From an uncultured Bacteroidales bacterium (GTDB lineage: Bacteria > Bacteroidota > Bacteroidia > Bacteroidales > JAADJA01): a DNA stretch of 64,000 bases. The notes beneath the pieces are model-generated. The model was not told the origin of the DNA. It saw only the letters and a program-made list of their open reading frames with translations, and ran no database searches. The translations under genes were made by a program, and so were the position numbers. How positions within the stretch are numbered: the stretch's first letter is position 1; every line of letters starts with the position of its first letter. Below are positions 27,426 through 37,775 of the stretch, in pieces. The stretch lies in NCBI GenBank assembly GCA_963749345.1, contig CAVVMO010000004.1:286047-350046 (forward strand), given 5' to 3'.

Positions 27426-27833
27426 ATGGCAAACGAAGAAATGAATGTGGATTTGAAGAAAAACCGGTATTCGGATGAGGAACTGGAAGAGTTTCGCCTG
27501 ATCATTCTTGACAAACTCGAAAAAGCTAAGGAAGATCTTAAAATGCTTACGGATGCTTATACTCATGCCAATGAACATGATATCGTAGATACCTCCCCAA
27601 CTTTTAAAGTGTTGGAAGAAGGTTACCAGGTGTTATCAAAAGAAGAAAACAGCCGGCTTGCTGCCCGACAGCAAAAATTTATAAATTCGTTAGAGAATGC
27701 CTTAATACGGATTGAGAATAAATCATATGGTATTTGCCGCGCCACCGGACAATTGATTTCAAAAGAAAGGTTGAGAAGTGTGCCCCATGCCACATTAAGC
27801 ATTGATGCTAAATTAAATCAGTCGAAAAAATAA
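27426..27833 (+). CDS. TraR/DksA-family protein
   Basis: 135 aa. An acidic coiled-coil N-half is followed by the C-terminal YGICRATGQLISKERLRSVPHATLSIDAK motif. The position between ileS and lspA is conserved in Bacteroidota. Confidence 0.7.
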   Translation: MANEEMNVDLKKNRYSDEELEEFRLIILDKLEKAKEDLKMLTDAYTHANEHDIVDTSPTFKVLEEGYQVLSKEENSRLAARQQKFINSLENALIRIENKSYGICRATGQLISKERLRSVPHATLSIDAKLNQSKK

Positions 27834-27866
27834 CTGCTTAATGTACTTCCTATTTTCTATTTCAAT

Positions 27867-28463
27867 TTGAAAAAGCCAATCATTCTTATTGTTCTGATTT
27901 TAATCTCAGATCAGGTATTAAAGGTTTGGATCAAAACCCATATGACCCTTGGCGAGGAGATCAATGTGCTGGGAAACTGGTTCATCATTCATTTTACCGA
28001 AAATGAAGGAATGGCTTTTGGGATGCGGTTTGGTGGTGATTCCGGCAAGCTTATCCTAAGCATATTTCGCATCATTGCCATCATAGCAATAGGTTGGTAT
28101 CTTTTAAAGATCACAAAAAGAAAAGAAAATCCCGGTTTGATTTTCAGCATGTCGCTGATATTTGCAGGAGCGCTTGGTAACATAATCGACAGTGCTTTCT
28201 ATGGAATGATTTTCAGTGAAAGCAAATTTCATGAAGTTGCTATGTTGTTTCCAACTGAAGGAGGGTATAGCAGTTTTTTGCATGGAAAAGTTGTTGACAT
28301 GCTCTATTTTCCTGTTCTCAAGGGATTTTACCCGCAATGGTTTCCATTTTGGGGCGGGCAGGATTTTATTTTTTTCAGACCTGTATTTAATATTGCAGAT
28401 TCTTCCATCACGACAGGAGTGCTTATTTTAATTTTCTTCCAGAAAAAATTCTTCAAAAAATAA
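27867..28463 (+). CDS. lspA: lipoprotein signal peptidase (signal peptidase II)
   Basis: 198 aa with four TM segments and the LspA motifs GALGNIIDSAFYG, VVDMLYF and FNIADSSI. The start appears to be TTG, with no in-frame ATG nearby. Confidence 0.88.
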   Translation: MKKPIILIVLILISDQVLKVWIKTHMTLGEEINVLGNWFIIHFTENEGMAFGMRFGGDSGKLILSIFRIIAIIAIGWYLLKITKRKENPGLIFSMSLIFAGALGNIIDSAFYGMIFSESKFHEVAMLFPTEGGYSSFLHGKVVDMLYFPVLKGFYPQWFPFWGGQDFIFFRPVFNIADSSITTGVLILIFFQKKFFKK

Positions 28464-28551
28464 CTTTTCATCATTTAGAGTTTAAGGGCTCTGTTCATTA
28501 TTTTTTTGTTGTTGGTAAGCATAAAGAAATAAATACAATTAAGAATAATTT

Positions 28552-28559
28552 TATATTTG
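28552..28559 (+). promoter_or_regulatory. -7 promoter box TATATTTG upstream of atpD
   Basis: TAnnTTTG match 22 nt upstream of the ATG at 28581. Confidence 0.45.
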
Positions 28560-28571
28560 CGAAAATTTTAA

Positions 28572-30089
<1,518 letters not shown>

Positions 30090-30118
30090 AACCTTTTTAA
30101 TAGATTATTGAACTAAAA

Positions 30119-30356
30119 ATGAATATCGAAATTATTGATCCTGATAAAACTATCTTTCAGGGAGAAGCTGAGATTGTTCAGTTACCCGGCAAAGATGGAT
30201 TCTTTTGAAATATTAAATAATCATGCACCCCTGATTTCAGTTCTTAAAAAAGGCAGGATTAAAATTGTGGATCAAAACAAGCAAACTCAGTTTTTTGAAA
30301 TCAAAGGCGGTGTGATTGAGGTACTCAGGAATAAAGTCCTGATACTTGCTGAATAA
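30119..30356 (+). CDS. atpC: F0F1 ATP synthase subunit epsilon, interrupted by an apparent 1-nt insertion at about 30200
   Basis: The ATG at 30119 gives MNIEIIDPDKTIFQGEAEIVQLPGKDGFF*, with the stop at 30206-30208. The +1 frame continues SFEILNNHAPLISVLKKGRIKIV...ILAE to 30356. Skipping the T at 30200 restores the canonical ..LPGKDG-SFEILNNHAPL.. epsilon sequence (78 aa). Confidence 0.8.
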
Positions 30357-30361
30357 AAAAA

Positions 30362-30392
30362 AGCCGCTTTGTAATCATAGAGCGGCTTTTTA
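30362..30392. terminator. intrinsic terminator, potentially bidirectional (atpC on +, small ORF on -)
   Basis: AGCCGCT-ttgtaatcatag-AGCGGCT is flanked by A8 upstream and T5 downstream. Confidence 0.75.
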
Positions 30393-30407
30393 GTTTCATA
30401 AATAATT

Positions 30408-30575
30408 TCAGTTTTGCTCTCTTTCGGATTCGTATGTTGCCAATGCATTTATTACAGTTTCCTTAACACTGTTTCGTATTACATTAACCAAATGGTCCTT
30501 TTGGTCAAGATTCAAGAAATGTTTTCTAATAAAAAGTTCTGCAGTTTCATTTGCAATTGTTTCCATTCTTTCCAT
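30408..30575 (-). CDS. candidate 55-aa hydrophilic small protein (below the ORF-track cutoff)
   Basis: Hand translation gives MERMETIANETAELFIRKHFLNLDQKDHLVNVIRNSVKETVINALATYESEREQN*. It fills an otherwise empty 350-bp gap. Its stop lies 16 nt from the hairpin at 30362-30392, which has a T-run in this orientation too. Confidence 0.35.
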   Translation of the reverse strand: MERMETIANETAELFIRKHFLNLDQKDHLVNVIRNSVKETVINALATYESEREQN

Positions 30576-30708
30576 GATAGTAGTGTTTAGTGAGTTAATT
30601 TTTCATTTTGGTAATTCCAGTATTCAAATAAAAACTATTACACGGCACCACCAAAAAGTAATAATAAACTGATCATAACAACGTTTGAATCGTTATTTAG
30701 TTTTTATC

Positions 30709-31350
30709 ATGAAAAAAATACTTCCGGTTTTCTTTCTATTATTCTTAAGCCTAACCAGTTGTATTGAAATTGTTGAAGAGATTACCCTGCACAGCGATCA
30801 ATCCGGTAAAATAAAGTACCGCATAAAGACCAATCAAATTATTTCTTTTCTTGATAACTTTTCCGATCTTATAGACCTATCATTGGAGAAACAATTAAAG
30901 TCGGAAGCTGAAGAATTTGCATCTAAGTTAAAAAACCAGGAAGGTATTGATAGTATAACGATCAACCTGAAAGGAAAGCTAAGCGATTATTCTATGGGAT
31001 TCAGCTTTGCCAGCGCAGATGATCTAAACGATGCTGTTTATAGGGTATTGGGATATAAGGAAAATATTTTCTCGCCGAAATATCTCAAAATAACAAAGCA
31101 TAATTTTAACAGAAAAAACTTTTCACCCTGGATAAAAAAATATTTCGAGCAGGAGGGAATTGATCTTCCCTCGGGGGATCTCTTAACAATGGTCTATTTT
31201 AAAACCATCATTTCTTACCCCCGGGAAGTAAAAAATTATAGAGGGGATAACATAGAACTATCCGGCAACAGAAAAAACCTGAGTCAAAAAAATTCTTTAA
31301 TCAATGTGGTTGAAAATAAAACCAATGTAGGGATCAAATCAAGGTACTGA
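30709..31350 (+). CDS. hypothetical lipoprotein
   Basis: The ORF 30685..31350 starts at TTG; the ATG at 30709 gives MKKILPVFFLLFLSLTSC (lipobox LTSC). No recognisable catalytic motif. Confidence 0.6.
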   Translation: MKKILPVFFLLFLSLTSCIEIVEEITLHSDQSGKIKYRIKTNQIISFLDNFSDLIDLSLEKQLKSEAEEFASKLKNQEGIDSITINLKGKLSDYSMGFSFASADDLNDAVYRVLGYKENIFSPKYLKITKHNFNRKNFSPWIKKYFEQEGIDLPSGDLLTMVYFKTIISYPREVKNYRGDNIELSGNRKNLSQKNSLINVVENKTNVGIKSRY

Positions 31351-31374
31351 TTCTTCAATTGCCCTTAGTCAGAA

Positions 31375-31869
31375 TTATTGATCCGGAGAACCCGGAATTG
31401 ACATGTGGCTTTGTACGATGAACCAGTCACCATTAATTTTTTCGAGTACTCCGGTAAACCTTAAACCTTCATATTTTACAGGCTTTCCCTTGTAAATGTA
31501 ATTATAATTTACAAATTCACTAAACCAGGCCGTATTGCCGGTTTCATTAATCCCAATTCGTTGATCTCTGACAGAAATATAAGTATCTTCAATGGATTCA
31601 AATTGACGTTGTAATGCATTCTTAATTGCGTCCCAGCCAATTATTGTTTCATCGCTATTGGTGCCAATAACAACAATATCCGGATTTGTTGCCCATATCT
31701 CTTTAATCAGGTTAAGGTTCTGGTCTTCATTTGCAATAACATATTTTTCCAATACCAGAGCTACCTTTTCCTTTTCTTTGGCAGGATCAAAAGTCAGTTT
31801 GTCCTGGTTGACTTTACTACAGCCAGCTGTAAAAATTCCAACAAGAATGATGAACGTAAGCTTTTTCAT
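31375..31869 (-). CDS. NTF2-fold (SnoaL/DUF4440-like) lipoprotein
   Basis: 164 aa. MKKLTFIILVGIFTAGCSK contains a lipobox. Length and the ..W.....D.V..G........G..AI......F pattern fit NTF2-like proteins. Confidence 0.55.
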   Translation of the reverse strand: MKKLTFIILVGIFTAGCSKVNQDKLTFDPAKEKEKVALVLEKYVIANEDQNLNLIKEIWATNPDIVVIGTNSDETIIGWDAIKNALQRQFESIEDTYISVRDQRIGINETGNTAWFSEFVNYNYIYKGKPVKYEGLRFTGVLEKINGDWFIVQSHMSIPGSPDQ

Positions 31870-31970
31870 ATTTTGTTCTCCTTATAATTATGGATGATAA
31901 ATTCTCATTTTTTACTTTTCAAAGTTAATAGATTCAAATCATTCAGGCAAGATAAAATTAATATTTTATA

Positions 31971-32004
31971 AAAATAAAAAAGCCCGGAGGAACAAAATCC
32001 GGGC
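31971..32004 (-). terminator. intrinsic terminator after tRNA-Phe
   Basis: The minus strand reads GCCCGGA-ttttgttcc-TCCGGGC followed by TTTTTTATTTTT. Confidence 0.75.
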
Positions 32005-32020
32005 CTCTTGAAATATTAAG

Positions 32021-32093
<73 letters not shown>

Positions 32094-32228
32094 TTCATTA
32101 TGCTAAACGATCCCTGTTAATTAGGGGATGCAAAAGTAAATAACATTTCATTAAATATAAAAACTTTTTACTGAAAATAAAATAATTACGCATGCGGTTT
32201 ATAAAGTTGTCCTTACTTACTATTGACT

Positions 32229-32236
32229 TACCTTTG
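32229..32236 (+). promoter_or_regulatory. -7 promoter box TACCTTTG upstream of coaX
   Basis: TAnnTTTG match 41 nt upstream of the ATG at 32277. Confidence 0.4.
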
Positions 32237-32276
32237 CATTCCCATTTGAATTAATAATACCATAGGTTCAATCAGA

Positions 32277-33026
32277 ATGAAACTGGTTATTGATATCGGA
32301 AATACACGGATTAAAATCGGGCTATTTGAAGCTGAAGCTATGCTTGATATCCGAATCTCCGACGATATAACACCGGATCAACTTGAATTTCTTATAAAAA
32401 CATTTAATGACTCGAGGCCTGAATATTCTCCAATTAAACATACAATCATTTCAGCTGTCAGGAATTACCCTGATGAAATAAAGAATCTGCTGAACAGCAA
32501 GTATCATTTCATTGAATTGGGTCCGGAATTACCATTACCCATCAAACTCAAATATAAAACTCCTGCCACTTTGGGGAACGACAGAATTGCCCTGGCTGTT
32601 GCGGCCACAGGTTTATTTCCAGCTCAGAATGTGCTCATCATAGATGCCGGAACTTGCCTAACATACGATTTTGTAAATGGAAATAAGGAATATTATGGAG
32701 GCGGAATTTCGCCTGGTATTGTGATGCGCTTTAAGGCACTTAATACTTTTACTGATAAGCTTCCGTTAGTTAGCAGAAGGGATAAGATCGACCTTATCGG
32801 AGACAGTACTGAAAATTCAATACAGTCCGGAGTGATGAATGGAGTAATTGCTGAGGTTAATGGAATAATTGAAAAGTATGAGAGCAAATTTTCGGACTTA
32901 AAGATTATTTTGACCGGTGGGGATGCTAATTATTTTGATAAATACTTAAAAAATAACATCTTTGCAAACTCAAATATAGTTTTAGCAGGATTGAATATGA
33001 TACTCGATTATAATGTGGGGGCTTAA
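32277..33026 (+). CDS. coaX: type III pantothenate kinase
   Basis: 249 aa. Motifs MKLVIDIGNTRIKIGLF, GNDRIALAVAA, IIDAGTCLTYD and ILTGGDA. Confidence 0.9.
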   Translation: MKLVIDIGNTRIKIGLFEAEAMLDIRISDDITPDQLEFLIKTFNDSRPEYSPIKHTIISAVRNYPDEIKNLLNSKYHFIELGPELPLPIKLKYKTPATLGNDRIALAVAATGLFPAQNVLIIDAGTCLTYDFVNGNKEYYGGGISPGIVMRFKALNTFTDKLPLVSRRDKIDLIGDSTENSIQSGVMNGVIAEVNGIIEKYESKFSDLKIILTGGDANYFDKYLKNNIFANSNIVLAGLNMILDYNVGA

Positions 33027-34308
33027 TCAATTAAGGATTTACTTATTCTTTATTATTATAATTTCATTTGTCGGGCACCTGAATGCACAACATGAAATCA
33101 GTTCACCCTATTCGGCTTTCGGGCTGGGCTACCTGAGTAACATCAACAGCATTAAAAATCTCAGCATGGGTGGAATTGGAATCGGCACCCGTGATAATTC
33201 ATCTATAAACATTGTTAATCCAGCATCTTATACATCATTCGATACCACCTCCTTTCTGTTTGAAGGTGGTGTTGCAGGAAATTACCTGAGATTGAAATCA
33301 GACGAGTTTGATGAGGTTGCTACTTCAGCCTCAATTAGTCATCTGGTTATGGGATTCCCCATTACGCGCTGGTGGAAGAGCAGCATCGGATTACTGCCAT
33401 TCAGCAAAGTTGGTTATGAAGTGAATTCTTTAACATTCCAGGAAAATATTGGAAATGTATTATATACCTTCGAGGGAAATGGCGGGTTGAGCCGCGTATA
33501 TTGGGGCAATGCAATCCAACCATTTAAATTCTTGTCGCTTGGAGTAAATGCTTCTTATTTATTTGGCAGCATTGACCGGATACAAAATGTATCATTTCCT
33601 GATTCAAGTTATTATGTGAACACAAAAATTAATAATTCTGTGTCCATTGGTGATCTTTATTTCGATCTTGGTGCACAATATTTTACACAACTTAAAAAAA
33701 ACATCAAGCTTGTAGTTGGAGCGACCTATCATCCCAAAGTAAATTTAAGTGCAAAGAAAGATTACCTTGCCCGTACTTCATTGGGAGAAATAAGTGGTGT
33801 TGAATTTTTCAGAGATACCGTCGATTACAGAAACGAGCAGGGTAAGGTAATTCTTCCTGAAGGGTTTGGGCTTGGATTTTCATTGACTGAAGCCAACTAT
33901 TGGCTCTTTGGTTTGGATTACAAGAATGATAAATGGAAAAACTTCAGAAGTTTTGGTGAAAGCGATTCCCTTGTGAATAGTCAATCCGTAGCTATGGGTG
34001 GTCAGATTACACCTGATTTTGCCAGCACCTCATATATTAAAAGAATTGAATACCGGCTTGGTGGCAGGTACTATCAATCTTACTTAAAGCTTCGGGATAA
34101 ACAATTGGATGGATTTGGTATAACTTTTGGTTTAGGAATGCCATTAAGAAGCATTGCTGTTAAAGGTTCTAAATCGATGATAAATATTAGTGTGGAAACG
34201 GGAAAAAGAGGAACTATAGATAACGGATTGATCCAGGAAACCTATGTTAACTTTTACTTCGGAGTATCAATATATGAATCATGGTTCTTTAAGAGAAGAT
34301 ACAAGTAA
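33013..34308 (+). CDS. putative outer-membrane beta-barrel protein (porin/FadL-like), function unknown
   Basis: 431 aa with a signal peptide (..GHLNAQ). Alternating-hydrophobic, aromatic-rich strands run throughout (SPYSAFGLGYL...). It overlaps the coaX end by 14 nt. Confidence 0.55.
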   Translation: MWGLNQLRIYLFFIIIISFVGHLNAQHEISSPYSAFGLGYLSNINSIKNLSMGGIGIGTRDNSSINIVNPASYTSFDTTSFLFEGGVAGNYLRLKSDEFDEVATSASISHLVMGFPITRWWKSSIGLLPFSKVGYEVNSLTFQENIGNVLYTFEGNGGLSRVYWGNAIQPFKFLSLGVNASYLFGSIDRIQNVSFPDSSYYVNTKINNSVSIGDLYFDLGAQYFTQLKKNIKLVVGATYHPKVNLSAKKDYLARTSLGEISGVEFFRDTVDYRNEQGKVILPEGFGLGFSLTEANYWLFGLDYKNDKWKNFRSFGESDSLVNSQSVAMGGQITPDFASTSYIKRIEYRLGGRYYQSYLKLRDKQLDGFGITFGLGMPLRSIAVKGSKSMINISVETGKRGTIDNGLIQETYVNFYFGVSIYESWFFKRRYK

Positions 34309-34384
34309 GTTTTTTTAACAAAAAGATATTAATTTTACGGTTTGTTTTGCTATTGTTAATGTTTAATACAAGATATTTGTAATC

Positions 34385-35743
34385 ATGAAAATAAAAAGAA
34401 AATTATTTATCAGTTTGATTCTGGTGATGATGTTTGGTGGAGTAATTAAATCACAGCCGTCAGGAGCATCAAAATATGGTTCCGATAGTGTAACGTGTGT
34501 TATGAATAATTCACTCTACTATGAGTTTTACAAGCAATGGAAGGCCAGCGATTTTGTGAATGCTTCGTGGAAAGACGCGATTGCCCCCTGGAGATGGGTT
34601 TATCTTAATTGCCCTCAAAGCACCATCAATATTTTCCTGCACGGTGAAAGCCTAATGGAAGCATTAGTCACCAATGAAACAAATAAACCCCTTAAGGAAA
34701 AGTACATCGATACATTGATGATGGTTTATGACAACCGTATCAAATATTATGGTAAAGAAGGTTATGTCCTTGGGAAAAAAGGTGTCGATCTCTATAAGTA
34801 TCGTCCAGAAAGTTATGAAGAAGTCTACCAGATACTTGGTAAATCAATTACTCTGGAAGGTAATTCTTCAGGTGGGCCGGCCCTTATTTACTATTTCAGG
34901 GCTGCTGAAAAACTCGTGAAAGCTGAAAAGGCTGAAAAAGCTATCCTGGTAGATATTTATGATCAGACAAGTGATATTATCGACTTCAACCTGAAAGATT
35001 GCCTGGCAAAAAATGATACAAAAAACATTGCCAATTGGGAAAACGTCAAGACCAATATTGAATTGTCTTTTGAACCTTATGCGACCTGCGAGGATTTGAT
35101 AAGCATTTATACCATTAAGTTTAATAATACTCCAAATGATATTGATTTGCTTAAGAAAATAACTAAAATTCTTGATAAAAAGAACTGTACTGATTCCGAA
35201 TTGTTTTTTAAAGCAACTGAGAATTTACATAATCTTGAGCCCACTGCAAATTCTGCAAAATTGATGGGTAAAATGTATATAAAAAGAGAGGACTACAATA
35301 AAGCTACTACTTACCTTCTGCAGGCTATTGATTTGTATGAAGACGATAATGACAGGGCAGATGTACATTTCCTGCTTGCGAATGTATATTTCCAGGTTAA
35401 GCAATATTCCAATGCCCGTTCGCAGTGTTATGAAGTTTTAAAAGTAAGATCCAATGATGGTAAGGCCTACATACTTATCGGTGATCTGTATGCCTCCAGT
35501 GCTAAAGATTGTGGCGATAATGACCTGACCAATAAAGTCGCCTATTGGGTTGCTGTGGATAAATACTATAAAGCAAAAACGGTAGATCCTTCAGTTGAGG
35601 AGCTTGCCACTACAAAGATCAATACCTTTTCACGATATTTTCCGGCAACCGAAACTATATTCTTTTATGATCTTAAAAAGGGCGATTCCTATTCAGTTGG
35701 TTGCTGGATCAACGAAACAACTACAGTCAGAACGTCTGACTAA
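34385..35743 (+). CDS. tetratricopeptide-repeat protein
   Basis: 452 aa with a signal peptide and TPR-like helices (YNKATTYLLQAIDLYEDDNDRADVHFLLANVYFQVKQYSNARSQCYEVLK). Confidence 0.65.
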   Translation: MKIKRKLFISLILVMMFGGVIKSQPSGASKYGSDSVTCVMNNSLYYEFYKQWKASDFVNASWKDAIAPWRWVYLNCPQSTINIFLHGESLMEALVTNETNKPLKEKYIDTLMMVYDNRIKYYGKEGYVLGKKGVDLYKYRPESYEEVYQILGKSITLEGNSSGGPALIYYFRAAEKLVKAEKAEKAILVDIYDQTSDIIDFNLKDCLAKNDTKNIANWENVKTNIELSFEPYATCEDLISIYTIKFNNTPNDIDLLKKITKILDKKNCTDSELFFKATENLHNLEPTANSAKLMGKMYIKREDYNKATTYLLQAIDLYEDDNDRADVHFLLANVYFQVKQYSNARSQCYEVLKVRSNDGKAYILIGDLYASSAKDCGDNDLTNKVAYWVAVDKYYKAKTVDPSVEELATTKINTFSRYFPATETIFFYDLKKGDSYSVGCWINETTTVRTSD

Positions 35744-35749
35744 TATTGA

Positions 35750-36343
35750 ATGCGTCCAATACATAAGTATGAGGTGAGACCTGTAATATTCAGTATAATA
35801 TCAAAAAGCATTATTATATTTTCTCTTATAATAATGCTTTTTGCTTGTGAGAATGATATCAAAGTAATCACCTCCCTGTCTCAGGTTGATTCACTTCCCT
35901 ATGAACAAGCCCGCGACATAGAAGTATATTACAGCGATTCTGGCAGGTTGAGAGCTTATCTTGAAAGTCCCCTGATGAAGAACTACGAGAAGGCGAACGC
36001 CTATGTGGAATTTCCTGAAGGATTCAAAGTGATATTTTACGGTTCCGATTTAAAACCAAAATCAGAAATCACAGCCAAATACGGGATTCGATATGAAAAA
36101 ACCAAAATTATGGAAGCGAAGAATAACGTTATCGTTAGGAACATTGATAAAAACGAGCAGCTGAACACAGAATATTTAATCTGGGACGAAAACAAACGCA
36201 TCATTTATTCTGAGGTTTTTGTGAAAATAACCAGGGCAGATGAAGTACTTTATGGTGATGGCCTTACTTCAGACCAGGATTTCGAGAATTACACCATTAA
36301 AAACCCAACCGGTGAGTTTAAGATAAAACCGGATGAACAATAA
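35750..36343 (+). CDS. lptC: LPS export ABC transporter periplasmic protein LptC (putative)
   Basis: 197 aa with an N-terminal membrane anchor and an OstA/LptC-like beta-jellyroll pattern. The position upstream of a CBS/CorC gene and ppiD is conserved in Bacteroidota. Confidence 0.55.
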   Translation: MRPIHKYEVRPVIFSIISKSIIIFSLIIMLFACENDIKVITSLSQVDSLPYEQARDIEVYYSDSGRLRAYLESPLMKNYEKANAYVEFPEGFKVIFYGSDLKPKSEITAKYGIRYEKTKIMEAKNNVIVRNIDKNEQLNTEYLIWDENKRIIYSEVFVKITRADEVLYGDGLTSDQDFENYTIKNPTGEFKIKPDEQ

Positions 36344-36357
36344 ATTAAAATGCATCA

Positions 36358-37632
36358 ATGAATAATTGGTCTATAGTTACAATATCCCTTATATTTTCTG
36401 CTTTTTTTTCAGGTTTGGAAATAGCATTTGTCAGTTCGAATAAATTAAAAATCGAACTTGACAAGAACAAAGGTTTATTCTCAGCAAAAATTCTTTCTGT
36501 CTTTTTTAAGGAACCTTCAAAAATTCTGGGGGCATTGCTTTTAGGCAATAATATTGCACTGGTAATCTATAGTATTGCAATGGCCGACATTCTCAAACCG
36601 GTCATCATCAGTAGTTTTGCTCCTGCTCAACCCACCGAATTTATTATGCTGGTTCTCCAAACAGTCATTTCAACATTATTGATTTTGATAACCGGCGAAT
36701 TTATACCAAAAGCACTCTTCAGGATAAATCCTAACCGGTTGTTAAACTTACTGGCTTTACCCTTAAAGCTATATTATTGGGTGTTTTATCCGATTATTCA
36801 TTTTATAGTTTGGATTTCAGAATTCATTTTAAATCACATTTTCAGGTTGAAACTTGTGCATCATAATTATTCTTTCAGCCCGACTGACCTGGATCATTAC
36901 TTAAAGGAATTCGCCATCGAAAAAAAAGAAGAAAGTGATGTGAAACAGGAAATTCAGATGCTTCAGAATGCAATTGACTTTCGAAATGTAAAACTGAGAG
37001 AATGCATGGTACCGAGGACTGAAATAACCGCCATTGCACGCTCAGAATCTGTTGAAGATTTAAGAAAATGCTTTATTGATTCCGGACATTCCAAAGTGCT
37101 TGTATATGATGAAACCCTGGATAACATCATCGGCTTTGTGCATTCATCTGATTTGTTTAAAAATCCGCAATCTATTGGTTCTGTAACCCATACCATACCT
37201 ATTATTCCTGAAACCATGCTTGCGAATAATGTGTTGAGCATGTTCATCAGGGAACACAAAAGCATTGCCCTTGTGGTGGATGAATTTGGCGGCACTTCAG
37301 GGATTGTCACCATGGAGGATATTATTGAAGAGATATTTGGAGAAATCGAAGATGAATTTGATGTGGAAGAGCTGACTGAGAAAAAGATAAAAGAAAATGA
37401 ATACCTTTTCTCTGCCAGACTCGAAATCGATTACCTGAATGAGAAATACAGTTTGCATCTTCCGGAGTCAGATGAATATGAAACGTTGGGTGGATTCATC
37501 ATCAATATTCATGAAAGTATCCCCTCTGTCAATGAAATCATTATCAAGGGTAAATTCCGGTTTTTAATCACTGAGGCAAGCGATACCAGGATAGAAACAG
37601 TGCATTTAACGATTGATTCGAAAAAAGATTAA
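36358..37632 (+). CDS. hemolysin-family/CNNM protein (DUF21 TM domain, CBS pair, CorC_HlyC); GldE-like
   Basis: 424 aa. An N-terminal 4-TM DUF21 is followed by a CBS pair (..ECMVPRTEITAI.., ..IALVVDEFGGTSGIVTMEDIIEEIFGEIEDEFD) and a C-terminal CorC domain. Confidence 0.8.
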   Translation: MNNWSIVTISLIFSAFFSGLEIAFVSSNKLKIELDKNKGLFSAKILSVFFKEPSKILGALLLGNNIALVIYSIAMADILKPVIISSFAPAQPTEFIMLVLQTVISTLLILITGEFIPKALFRINPNRLLNLLALPLKLYYWVFYPIIHFIVWISEFILNHIFRLKLVHHNYSFSPTDLDHYLKEFAIEKKEESDVKQEIQMLQNAIDFRNVKLRECMVPRTEITAIARSESVEDLRKCFIDSGHSKVLVYDETLDNIIGFVHSSDLFKNPQSIGSVTHTIPIIPETMLANNVLSMFIREHKSIALVVDEFGGTSGIVTMEDIIEEIFGEIEDEFDVEELTEKKIKENEYLFSARLEIDYLNEKYSLHLPESDEYETLGGFIINIHESIPSVNEIIIKGKFRFLITEASDTRIETVHLTIDSKKD

Positions 37633-37741
37633 TTGATTGCAAAGCCACGAGGCATTATAAAGTAATCAGCGCTAAACCTTACCAACCCTGTTATTGCAAC
37701 ATAATTTTCAATAAAACTTGTACCAATTAATAATGTTGTTG

Positions 37742-37749
37742 TACATTTG
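37742..37749 (+). promoter_or_regulatory. -7 promoter box TACATTTG upstream of the ppiD-like gene
   Basis: TAnnTTTG match 27 nt upstream of the ATG at 37776. Confidence 0.4.
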
Positions 37750-37775
37750 CACCCTCTTTTAAAAAAAATAGAACT

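Noticed and set aside
30195-30210. Programmed +1 ribosomal frameshift in atpC.
   Set aside because: No known precedent exists for atpC, and no prfB-like stimulatory context (upstream SD-like element plus a slippery CUU-UGA) is visible. A second +1 break elsewhere in the window makes indel error more likely. It is kept as a finding only for verification.
36345-36548. 67-aa minus-strand ORF at the lptC / CNNM-family gene junction, and similar 60-130-aa antisense ORFs inside ileS, atpD, ppiD, der and the kinase-fusion gene.
   Set aside because: All are fully nested antisense to genes with unambiguous conserved motifs. None has its own promoter box, signal peptide or recognisable domain.
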